A DNA stretch of 63,301 nt, the filler included, from Choristocarpus tenellus KU-1152 (lineage: Eukaryota; Protista; Phaeophyceae), in assembly GCA_964200185.2 (NCBI GenBank). It is 6 parts of 6 records of this genome, joined end to end, with 100 filler letters (N's around TTAATTAATTAA, not from the genome) between each part and the next. Parts side by side here need not be neighbours in the genome. Positions count along the whole stretch, not along the records: positions 1 to 16,842 come from CAXNAD020000760.1; 5 more parts are not named here. The stretch is one strand, 5' to 3'. Shown piece by piece: positions 1 to 11,815 of the stretch; positions within the stretch are counted from its first letter, which is position 1, and every line of letters starts with the position of its first letter. The notes below the pieces were generated by a model. The model worked only from the letters and a program-made list of their open reading frames with translations. It had not been told where the DNA came from and searched no databases. A program made the position numbers and the translations under genes.

Positions 1-811
1 GGGGCGGGGGGGGGGGAGGGGTCCATCCGATCGCAGTGATTCGAAGTTCGAGTCACACAGGCACTGGGGATTGTATGTCTGCTCTACTATCCTCCTGTCT
101 TCTCACTACACCACCAAAAAAATACCACCTGGGCAACCACAAGTTTCTAGGGCGACGTAAACCAGCATTATTCCGGATTTGGTTGGCAGCCTGCGCATCA
201 AAAGTTCCTACTTGAACCACTCCTTTGGATGCATCTTTGGTGTCCTGGATGCTACGCGAGCCTACAGACTCAGTGGGTGGCTGTGTGACTTGACAAGGGG
301 CTCTGGGTCGATCACTCAACGCTACAGAACACCCTGAACGACTAACTGGAAAAATGCTGCTGAGGGAGAGAATGCCACACAAGTAGACTGTACTCCGAAA
401 AATCACTGCTGTGTGCTGTGCAATTGTTGAGTCTTACTAGAAAAATGAGAAGGACAGTTGTGAGACCTATGTTTAAAATCGAGCCTTTTTGGGGGGAGTG
501 GGCTGCCAACTAATGCAGGAAATTCCCAACATTGGATATATTTCTTGACCTTTGCAGACAATTAAATCGGAGGTCAGAGCGGTGTGAGGGCTGTGTTATT
601 TTCCACCAAGAGAGTGCATAATTTGATACACCACCAAGGGCCACAAAAAATCTCACATAGTCGTACAACATTGCCAACTCAACCACAGCCTATGTTCGGA
701 GCTGAACCCAATGCACTAGACATACTGGAGTAGAACATGGCAAAAGGGTGAGATTGATTACGGGGAAAACACCATATCCTTCCAAACCCTTGTCCAAGAA
801 GACAAACTCAC

Positions 812-3800
812 CACTTGAACTCCTTATGACAAACTTTGCACGCATCTTTATCCTCCTGCGAGGATGAGGATGAGCTGTGATAGCTTTGCAGCCGGCGGGC
901 CCGGTCCTTTTGTGCATCAATCCTAGAGTCCCTGGAAACTCCCCCTCCTATAACCTTGCCTCTTGTAGCATCGTCGTCTCCCGCCCCCCCATCCTCCCCA
1001 CCTACCCTTACAGTACCTATTCCCTTGGCCTTCTTCAAGCTCACCATTACAGGCGTCCTCCGGCGCATTGGCAATGCAGCGCTGCTTGTCTTGCGGACCG
1101 AATCCATTTTTTCACGATCCGACTTCGTCCCAAGAGACCCACCTGAAAAACCCTTTCGCGGTGTGCCCATCCCAAGCTTTGGTGAAGTAGACAGAGATCG
1201 CTCTCTCGCCCCCAATTGATTCAGAGGGTGCACAGTGGTGAGCTCAAGTTTGCTTTGACGATGGGTCACTCCATCGAGTCCAATCCTCGCGCCATTACCG
1301 TTTCTTGCACCAACATTATGCACTTCGCCTCTTCTCGCCAGTCTCCAAACTACTATCACACTCAGAATGGCCATGGTGACCGCAACCACCACTTGCCAGT
1401 GAATCAACCCCTCACTATCCATGCCCCTGCTGCCGCAATCCCCTCGCCCCACAAGCACCTTGAACTCCACTGCCTTGCTGTGGCCCATTGCATTCCAAGC
1501 CTGCAGTGAGTAAGTGTATCCACCCCCAGGCTCCAGTCGTGTGTCCAAGAAGGAGCGGTTTGGCCCGTCCATGACCTTGATCCATTGCTTACTGTGTCCC
1601 CCATGCTCCCTATTAGACTCACTTGCTGCCCAGCGAGGTCCTTGTTGGTTACCACCCCAAGCCCTCTTCAAAACATACTTGTGCACTGGGAATCCATCCT
1701 GATCACCCTCTCCACACTGCCACTCTATACTCACTGATCCACACGAGGAGTTTGTTGCACGTACTTGTGTTGGGGCCAGTGGTTCCTCCCCCATGCCCCA
1801 CAGCTTCCACTTCATCCCACGCACCAGACGCTTCCGATAAGCTGGGTGCTTAATGCCAAGGTCCTGCTCCAAGAGGTGTCCCTGTACAGGAAAGGGCATG
1901 TGGGGAGCTCAACGGTGAGTGTGAGGCGTGTTGGTGAACATGAGTGGATAACAATTCCTCTATAATCTTATGCGATTTGAGATGTCTATTCTATTGGTAC
2001 TGGAGAGTACAGACGAAATATTTTTTTTAAAAGGTAGCACCCTAACTGATATTGCACATTTTATGGGATGGCGTGTTGCAATTGAGGTGTCACCAAATAT
2101 GCAAGACGGAAGGCAGAAGAAACGAATCCTCAGCATGGTTGCACAGATGTGATTCATCAAGTAGCCAAAGTAAATAGCACCACGAAGTGTAGGGTTTTGA
2201 CAAAAAAAAGAAGGATATCACAAGTGCTTGAAAGTGCAACAGCATGATGCTTGGAGTACTAAGTGACACAAAGAGATGCGTGATTATATAAGCCCTAACC
2301 CTAACCCCTCTGAATACCGTGGGTAGGTTGATTTCACAATAACTTCAAGCACATCCCGCCTCCTGAACTTCTTCTCCTTACGGCTTGCTTATGCTGCTGG
2401 ATGGGGATAGGCAACACTCCAACCAGAGGCTTAATTAGGCCACTTCATACATACATGATGAAAGAAGAACAACAGAACATCATACAATGACCCGGGGTCC
2501 CCATCACGATCTCACTCAACTGTCACATGATCTGAAGTGTGCACTTCGAAGTAAAACTACTTGATAAAAGTGATGTACAAGCAAAGGACAGTTGCCGGTA
2601 CAGTCAACACAAGTTAGCCTGCTCACATTCCTAGGACATCTGCACTGGATCGTGTGCAAACATGTCACCTAGCCCACCTGGTTCGCAACGAGCTCTGGGA
2701 AGTCGTAGCCGGTGACCACATTGCTTCGCATGACCTCGGCAACCTCCTGAGGAAGCTGGACAGAGTGCACAACCCATTCAGCAACTTCATCCACCGTCAG
2801 CAATGAGCCTGCCATCAAGCAGATGATAGGAGGCGAGGGAGCGAAGCAATGCAGTGAAGAGCACAAACAGACGGTTGCGCATGTGAGAAGGGAGGGAGGA
2901 GAGCCCCGGTTCAAGACCAAGGAGGCAGATGATGATACCCACCTCGAGTCAAAGGAGTGTGGCACTACCCTTTCTCACATTCCATTATCTAGGGGCATTC
3001 TACACCAGCATCTAAAAAATAAATAAATAAATAAATAACAGGACTGCGTATGACAAAACATGTAACAGACCAGCACATGAGATATATATATATAGAGAGA
3101 GAGAGACAGAGAGAGACCTAGACCAGTGCGACAGTCTCTGCATGACCCCGTCCCATCCTAAAAAGAAGGGCGCCACCATTATTTTCTGGTTGTAAGCTCC
3201 TGAGTGTCGGCTGAGTATCTTTGCAGCGGGTTGGTTGGCCTTGTCTTCCTCACGATCTTCCTAGTTCGGTGGCGTCTAGTCTAGATCAGGCTGCACGAAC
3301 AACAGAGTTTCGGAACTCAAAATTTTGATGGTTTTTCAACTTTGGAAACATGGTGCAAAAGGGTTCCTCTATGACTTTGGATGCTCCAACAAGTTCCTCC
3401 TCTCAGAGAGAGTGGTGGAAATGTTGAGAGATTGCAGGCAGGCAGGCAGGCAGGCAGGCATCGATTGATTGTCCGGTTCAAGTTGCGGCGATGGGGAATT
3501 CGCGTGGACTCTGCATACACTAGAAAACCTCGTGTCATGAAGCAGATCCTTCAAGGGCAAGTTCATTTGACTTGACGATGGGTCGGCCTTGTTCAAGGGC
3601 ATACAACAAAGTACCAGTACAGATACAATAACTTCACGGTGAGTGTGCGCAGGTCACTCACTAATAACACTCTGTTGGTGAGTGATGCCACTTACAGAGA
3701 GTACAATAGCCACAGGCAGAGTGGCGAGGCATTCGAGGGCCCTAGATGAGCAGCTATGAGCAGCTAACTAACTGCTGGAGTAGCAATCAATCACCCTAGA

Positions 3801-6800
3801 GAGGTGGTAGCCAATCACACCATCACCTGTTCAGAATATATATATATATATATATATAATTTTAAACACCTGTTGTGGCCTTTCTTGCTTTAGAACTGAG
3901 TGCTGAGAGTCAACAGCTTGAGAAATGCAAGCTGAAGGACATAGTTGACCCCGCCATGTATGACTCTATCCGCCACACATTGAACACTCTGTCCAAGAGG
4001 ATTCAGGTGAAGGTAGGAGGATGAGGACGAGCACGTTGCACTGTGCTCTGTTCCACTTCGGTCTCGCTTACTGTCACAGAAGCTCATCTTCCCCCATAGG
4101 TACCAACAAATCCAGATTCAACAAAACAATACATGTGCCTCCTTTGAGCACATGTTCATCGTATGAGACGCAACACAATCTCCCCATACCTTGACAACAC
4201 ATTCTTCTTCCAACCACCTGGTTTCAAATTCGTGATAAGCACCCTCCAAAACCTCCACCCTAACCCTCTGTAACTATAATTTTTCTTACAAAGTGAGAAA
4301 TTAGAAGCTTTCACACCCTGAACAACGTAACACTCCACACAATGTTATGCCCACAGCACTCCAGTCCAAAACACATACAACAAAATGTGGTGCCTGTAAC
4401 ACTCTGGACCAAAACATACACAGCAGTTGCTGCTGTTTTAGCGTAAATTATTATGCCGTAACACAAAATGTGCAGTTAGAACATAGTGTTACTCCTTAAC
4501 ATTCTCCAAAGTATTGTGATAGCACCCCACTGTGTTGTACCATAATATAACATCACAAGTTACTCGAATGAAACAGGAAAAATCGCACTGTTCATCTACA
4601 GACTTCACGGACACTAGTGTCTCTCAGCATCACAATATATATATTTGCTCGTTCTTGATTCCATTTAAAGTGTTGCATGGTGATGATGACTTGGGTGTGC
4701 GATCACAAATCCAGATGATCTATCCTTCCCTTGCATTGATGTTGTGAATCTCACACAAAAACTATTCATTCACTTCTAGTCCGGAACTTCTCCACAAACT
4801 CTACCCTACCTAGCCAGCATTACATTTTGTGTTGTGACACAATGTTTGTATCACATTAAAATGACCACATTGTGTTACACCCATAACACTGACGACATAA
4901 ATATGCACAACACTATGTAGTGCCCAGAAAAATCCGGATCAAATCACATGTGTGTTATGTAAGCAACAGACACTCTTGCAACTCTATGTTAACACAGTGG
5001 TAACACAGTGCTGCAAAAGTGAAATATGTTGTCCAAGATGTGAAATCTGCAACATTGATTGTCAAGAGAGCATGGGGCCCATAAGCAAAAAATCTCTCTT
5101 GCCGTTGCAGTAAGAGCTCAATGCACTCCATTAGGATCACACAACAGTATCCTCCATGACCAAAACAGGAATGACTGGCAGGACACGTGCACCACGTACT
5201 CACCCAGTCGAGTCCAGTATGATAGGAGGTCTGATCTTGATAGGGTTTTATCCTCATTCAAGTCGAGGTGTTTGAATACACTTTCCACACCAGCTGCTAT
5301 CTCTGATGCCTCGTCAAGGCCTGCACCCCCTGTGCCTGTGACAAGCTGATGAAGAAATGCAAACGTGTGGGCGATGCAGTATGGAGCTAATAGGTTATCT
5401 TATGGTTGGGTAATGCTTCACACATAGAGACCCAAGTGAAATAGTAGCAAGTACCGACTTGGACCCTGCAAGTATTGCACTTCGATCTTGGATTTTCCAC
5501 CGACAACAGCCTTGGAATTAACGTTCTAACATTAGTAGCGCCACTAACTTGAAAAGAGTTTTAACCACACACGATTGACCCTCTCAATGTTTTCTGAATA
5601 CTCAACAAGTGTTGTCTGACCGTTATTAATTATTCCGTCAAGAACATGAGTTTGCACTTTTTCAAATGCTCTATATTATTTCAATTTGGCAAATACAACC
5701 TTTGAAATGTTACACTCATTACTCAGGGTATCTAAACCACCGTTCTTCACACACCCCAGCAATTTCCTGAGGTCAACTCTAGTGATGAGCAAATTGCCTT
5801 CAGGGGGGACTTACAACCCCTAAAAAACCTCCATCAATTCAGTTCTTAATATTCAAGCTTTCTATCACCTTTCTTCATATTCTAAGAGTGATTATATAGA
5901 TGTGAGGTGGGCACTAACTCAAGGAGGAACTATATATACTCTGCGGAAATGTTCATGATCGTACTCTACAGGACCTTGAATGGGATGACCAATCTGTGAA
6001 TTCACCTTGGGGCAGCGACATAAATGTTAGCACCAGGTAGATCTTATTGTGAATAAACACCTGGGTGAGTTGTCTGAAGAACTGGCAAATGGAAATCCAT
6101 CGAAGAGAAAAAACAGGCGAAGAAAAACTCCAATTTCCACGCTCAATACGAAAACGGTCAGAAGTGGTAGAGACTTTGTCCATGAAAACTCACATCTTGA
6201 ATTTCTTCGGACTCAATGAAGCCGTCATGGTCCTTGTCTGCTCTGTCGAAAAATTCATCTACGACAGCTTTCGGCATTTTCACCTCCCTCGCCATCGTTC
6301 CAACTCCTCCGACCAACATCTTGGCTCCCACTATGGTGAGCAGAGACATCGACACGAGTACCAACACCTGAACTAAACAAAGAGAAATTTTCCAAGCCTC
6401 AGACGCGCGTTTTGGGCTGCTGCTTCCACGTCTCAAATCTCCTCTTCTCGTGGGGGGCTCCCATCTCAACCCCCCATTACTCCTTGCCGAAGATTGAAGA
6501 GGCCCATCAGAATCAAGTTGAGAAAACTTCTCTTTACCATCACAGGTCGAAGAATCAACTATAGCTGAGCCAGGGAGGAGCATGGACACTTTTTCAAAAC
6601 CAGATATTGAAGAAAATGCCTCATCTGGGCTGGTAGTGGTCGGGTGAGATAACCATTGCCACCGCCTGCTTGGTGCCTGCCTAATCCTTCCCTGGGAGTA
6701 GGGAGAACTAGCAGCTGGTGAGACCCCTGACGGCGAGCTTGTTCTCATCCTTCGAACCATTCCCCATCTTCTACCAGAAAGGGTCAATCTGCTGAGTCGT

Positions 6801-6901
6801 ACACCCTCGGGGGGCCCACACGAGGACGGGGAGGAATCTTCTGAGTCCTGGCAAGTGGAGTCGGTACAGTTGGAAGGAGGTCGTGCCACCTCCCACTCCA
6901 T
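812..6901 (-). CDS. STIM-like EF-hand/SAM membrane protein with FN3 domain and probable FYVE-type zinc finger (multi-exon, 3' end not found in window)
   Basis: Exons 6901-6194, 5345-5204, 2808-2678 and 1881-812 join in frame with GT-AG sites. Product: S/R-rich N-terminus, TM (ISLCLVQVLVLVSMSLLTIVG), EF loop DKDHDGFIESEE, second EF DLNEDKTLSRSD, SAM (LTVDEVAEWVVHSVQLPQ...YRKRLVRGMKWKLWG), FN3 (W...Y.L...LEPGGGYTYSLQAWNAMG), TM, basic tail, then CKVCHKEFKW at the last donor. Confidence 0.8.
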
Positions 6902-7570
6902 TACGACCCACGATATTGCACGAAGGTATTTTGCACTGAAAAAAAATTCAGCATTCCCAGTAAACACAAGGACATGATAGTAGGGAGGGAAGGAGTAGAT
7001 TGGGAAAAAAGGTTGGGGCAAGGGAAACGTTGGTGGAAGATGTGTTTAAGTCTCGGCCCTAACTTTGTAGAGGATAGCAAGCGCAGGACAAAGTGGAGGG
7101 GATACCACTGGTCCAAATATGTCACCTATAAGAATCCGTGCACTTGCTGTCTCTCTCTATGAGGTGCACAACAAGTGTGTCCTGAACATGACTTTCATTC
7201 CTGGTTGGTGACCAAATTTTGTATTCTCAGAGCCTAGCCTACAAGTTAAACATTTCTTTCTACTATAATTTAGAAAACTTTAACTTTGTCCCATTGTAAC
7301 TGCTGTGGCAAACGCCCACTTATGCTAGACATCCTTCAAAATGGGTGATATTGTTGATGGGGTTTCACACATTTGGTCATTACCTGGCATTGTGAACTTT
7401 AGTGAAGGATGTCCAAGATCAAGACCTGGCTTGAGGCTCAACTCCATAGGATGTTGGGATTTGATGAGGTAAATTCGACTTCCTATAATGTCTAGGGATG
7501 CATCTGTGAGCGGACTCGATGTCTTGTGTTCGATACCAACTTTTCCCAATTTCCTCATCCTTGTCCTCAG

Positions 7571-9045
7571 GTGGGCGAAATTGCCAGCCACCTTCTTACC
7601 TTCTCTTCTTCGCAGACAGCTGAATTGAGACTCTACCTTGAGCAGTTTCTGGGGGATTCAAAGGCAAGCTATGGAAATGAGAAGGCTGAGCGAGAGATCC
7701 CATTATCTATAGTAACGTCACCGACCTTAGACAACGGAAAGAAGTGCGATCGGTCCCGCCCTTTCGTAAGAGCTCATATATGATGTCTGACGCGTAATAT
7801 CGACTACACCTCACGCTTTCATCGAATCTGTTGCAGCAGGAGGTCCGTGACCTTTGCTCAGAACTCATCAAGCGACTGGGGAATGAGGGGGTAAGGAAAG
7901 GAACTAAGACTGAGGCGAAGGGTGACTTTTGGGATGCCACTACATCTGAGATAGGTCATGCATCGAACCAGACAGCTAGACAGGGGCAGCGACAGGGGCA
8001 AGGAAACAAAGGGAAGGGTAAGGGAAGAGGGAAGGTATACCAGAAAATTGCTGCTGAGGATTTTTGGGGGGGTGGAACCTCATCAAGCATGACAAGCGTA
8101 CCTACTACTCAACCTGTAGCAACCCCACTCCCAACCACTAACCCATCACGTACTATTCCAACCCAGTCTGGCAAGAAAAAGAAAGCACCATCCACTACTG
8201 CTCCATCGCATGCCTCGACTTCTGGTGGGAAGAGCAAAGGAGGTGGAACTCAACAGCGTCCAACAGTGAAAGCAGCTAGCCCTCAGCCCTCTACCAAGTC
8301 ACAACTTCCGCCACAAAAATGGTCGGGAGTGACCTGTACCTGCATGGCAATAAGGCACAGTCTGATAACCAACTGCACGACCTGTGGCAAGATAGCCTGT
8401 GAAGCAGAGGGTGGTTACGAATGTTCGTTCTGCAGGTCTCCCCTCCCTGTAACAGGGAGGGAACCCACAGCAACTAACAGCTATGCAGGGTCTGCGAATG
8501 ATCAGCCACAGTCGGCGGCACTGGCAAAGGCTGTTGCCCGCAAAGAAAAGCTCCTGCTTTTTGACCGTACATCCGTGGCCAGGACACGTGTCCTAGACGA
8601 TCAGGGAGATCACTTCTCTACCTACAATTGGCTATCACGGGAGGAGAGAGAACGTGCCGAGGCCAATGAAGTGGCCCGCAAGGAAGAGCAGTTGGCCAGA
8701 CGTAGAAAAGTGACTGTGTCCTTTGACATTATGGGACGCAAGGTTGTTGAGGCAGACAATGAGGAAACACCACAAAGTTCTGGTGAAGCAGTGACAACTC
8801 TAGGCGAGCAGAGGGATGCACAACTTCAGGGTAGTGGAGATAACAGTCCCGAGTCAAGGGCAGGAGAAAATAAGCAAAGTTCACTTCCTGACCGCCCATC
8901 ATTGCATAACTCGGGTCTACAGGGCCGTGCCAAGGAGGTTTATGATATCATGCGTGCCAACCTGGACAAGAGGCAAAGACACGTCCATGGTACTAGCAGA
9001 AGGTCCATTAGCAATAGAAGTACTAGAGATCCTAGGAAGGCTTAA
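7571..9045 (+). CDS. ASC-1/TRIP4/Rqt4-like C2HC5 zinc-finger protein (first exon not located)
   Basis: Long exon ~7840-9045 contains CTCMAIRHSLITNCTTCGKIACEAEGGYECSFC (zf-C2HC5), then KEKLLLFDRTSVARTRVLDDQGD and VTVSFDIMGRKV, typical of the family. Probable upstream exon from 7571 (VGEIASHLLTF). Confidence 0.85.
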
Positions 9046-9326
9046 TGGTGCAGCCTATACCCTGTTACAAACAAGGTCCAAGGCCACCATTATTGCCAGT
9101 CAGTGATACCTAAAAAGGTAAGACGCTCAGTGAATCATCTCCTTCCATGTAAGGAGGTAGACAGCAAGATGAGAACAAGGAACTACCGACTATTGTCCAA
9201 ATGGATAGTTAAAACAGTTAAAACCTGAATTGCAAGTTAGGCTCTTTCTTGATGTAATTTTTCTAACAATTACGTTTCAAAACTGTGATCAATGCCGCTA
9301 CAGGCCTTTTGTGTTTCCTGTGACAA

Positions 9327-11386
9327 CTAGGGTCTCGCAACATTGGTTGAAGTGTCCTCTTTGGCACTCATTTCTTCCGTCAGCTGAATCAAAAAGTCTG
9401 TGCAGAAAATGGTAACGGCAATGGGGATAGCCACTGCAACGAGGTTCTTGGTCATCCCCCGAAGTGCAAACTGCGGGCCATCTTCCCGGTGAAGCTTTGC
9501 CAATGTTGCCCTCACCCCTAGATCTGTCTTGAACATTTCATTTCGAAGCACATCAACAGGGTTGGTCAAGGCAGCCCCAGCAACCCCTGCTGCAACTGAC
9601 TTCTTCGCCGACCTCAGGAGAGTTCCGGTTTGATCTCCCAGGTCTGCTGGGGGCAGCATCCTCTCCATATAGTCCTGGGTATGGAGTTAGGGATTAACAC
9701 ATGATTGGGGCCGCATTGAGACACCCATGACAGTGCTCACAAGAAATTATGTTGCACAGGTACATTGCATGGAAACTCTTGAAGATGCATCTTTATCCTA
9801 CTTGTTGTAGTTGAACATGGTGTGTCTTGGCACTGGGCAATTTCTTGTATCTTGAATCACGTGACAAAAAAGATAAATTTTAGACGAGTGGTTGCAACGC
9901 TGACAACAAATTCACTGTGTATATAGTAACTCCAAGCACAAGACTTTCTAGATTTTTTGTTGCCCTACCTGGGTTATGCTGTTCAAACGTGTTGGGATTG
10001 CGCACCAATACTGCTCACCTTCACAGCCACTGCGACACAGTACTTGGGGACAGTTTTCATGACTCCGGCTGAAGTTCCATGCCATAGACCTGCAATCCCT
10101 TTGTGGTGGTATATACCCCTCAATGCCTCCAGAACAGTGCGGTAGGAAGTTGCAGGGTTCTAGTTTTGGGATAAATTTGTAAGACACACAAATAGACAAC
10201 AGTGCAGAGGAGAGAACAGGAATGGTGAAAGACAACCCTACATATTACGATGTTTTTACCAGTTTGATCGATTAGAGTCGAAGGGCTGAAGGCACCCAAG
10301 ACTGCGTACCACCCAAGCTCGATGTTGAGATCTAAAAATGGATGTGGAAAGGGATCTGTGTTATGGAGATAGAGAATACTGAACCAGCAGTGTTGGGTAG
10401 TTGAACAGTGCAGGGAGAGTTGTCAACTGCATTACAGAACACCTTTTGGTGTAAAATTGAAGCCAAAACGAAGCACACTGTGATAGAGGTGCTACATGCA
10501 CTAAATGCTATTGCATCCCACAAAAAATTGTTGCAGATTCACAGTTTTGAACATATTGAAGCAATCTGTTGATACAAAGGTTTTGTTGATGACTGTGAGG
10601 TTAGAAATCTTGTGCCTGCCCACCTGAATCGTGATGCTGAGGTTCTCCCAGGCGGTAGGATGCAGGTGGGGTCAACAGCAGAGGACGAGAGGTCCGGGCG
10701 GGGCGAAAAGGGTGGTCGGCAGTCAGATTTTGGTCCCCACTTGTGTGGATGATCGATGGAATTCCAGAGATTCGACCACCCCGTTTGATGTGACTGTGAT
10801 CCATGGTGTTCTCCTGCCTCTCTCAGACCTATCCTTCACTTAGATTGCAATGCAGGTCGCACCTTGCACGGATGATGGGCATGTTTACCAGCTGAACTGA
10901 AGTAGAGCATATCAGGGGAGGCAAACCAACAGCTACAACACGGTTGGAGCATCCCCTGTCCTCGAGCGCGACCTTTCCCCGATCACTTCCGTAAAATATG
11001 AACGCACGAGCCCACGTCATCTGTAGGCGACGTCAACGGGCACGGACCACTTCGTCAGTGATGCCACCCCTCCTGGTGTGGTGTCGTAGTCCATATATTC
11101 AAGAAAAACTGGTAGAAGCATTGATTCTACAACAGCATGTTCGCTGTCTTTGCACTAATTTGACTGCCACACCACCAACAGACACAATTCTCACCCCTAA
11201 AACCGTAGCCGTTACTCCCCTGTAAGGTGGTTTGAGTCCTTCTATGTAGCGCTTCAGTATGCCACCCTGGATTCCCTTATCAAAGCCGCTCTGACCCATA
11301 GCTGATGCTTTCCATAGTGGGAAGTTGATGCATGCCGCAAAAGCCGAGGCAGCCAGATGACATGCGGGGTAGTCAGCTTTCGACAT
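9327..11386 (-). CDS. Mitochondrial carrier (SLC25) family protein, atypical
   Basis: Exons 11386-11195, 11020-10863, 10636-10624, 10159-10019 and 9674-9327. Three carrier repeats with PLWKAS / PIIRAS / PVDVLRN and second-half motifs YRG, LWHG, LRG. Confidence 0.8.
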
Positions 11387-11815
11387 GTAGTTTAACTTCT
11401 CTGCCACCAAAGGATCTCGAAGATTTCGGAGATTTTCACCGGCGTACAAAAGAGGTTCTCCTCCACCTCTTCACCCACCTAACCGCTGACGCCCCATTCA
11501 GTAACCGAGAATTTATATTTGAAAAATATGGTAGTATGTCATATGGTGACTTTTGTTAAGAAAAAGAAGGTTAGAGACGCCATCTAGTGTTTTAGGCAAG
11601 TACTGCAATCAACATAGTCAGGAGTGTTGATATGTATAGGGAAGTTCCTACAAACAACGAAACAGCTATTATACTTTAATAGAGATAGAGAGGACAAGGA
11701 GTCCGTCGACACTACTGAGAATCTTCCGGGCTGCATGTTCCCGGTCCTGACTTTTTCAATCCCGGAGTGGTGCATTTTTTCCTAGGACGGTAACTTACGT
11801 GTCCGAGAATCAAGG

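Noticed and set aside
53-406. ORF as the missing FYVE exon of the STIM-like gene
   Set aside because: No HHC/CxxC pattern in the acceptor and frame combinations I tried.
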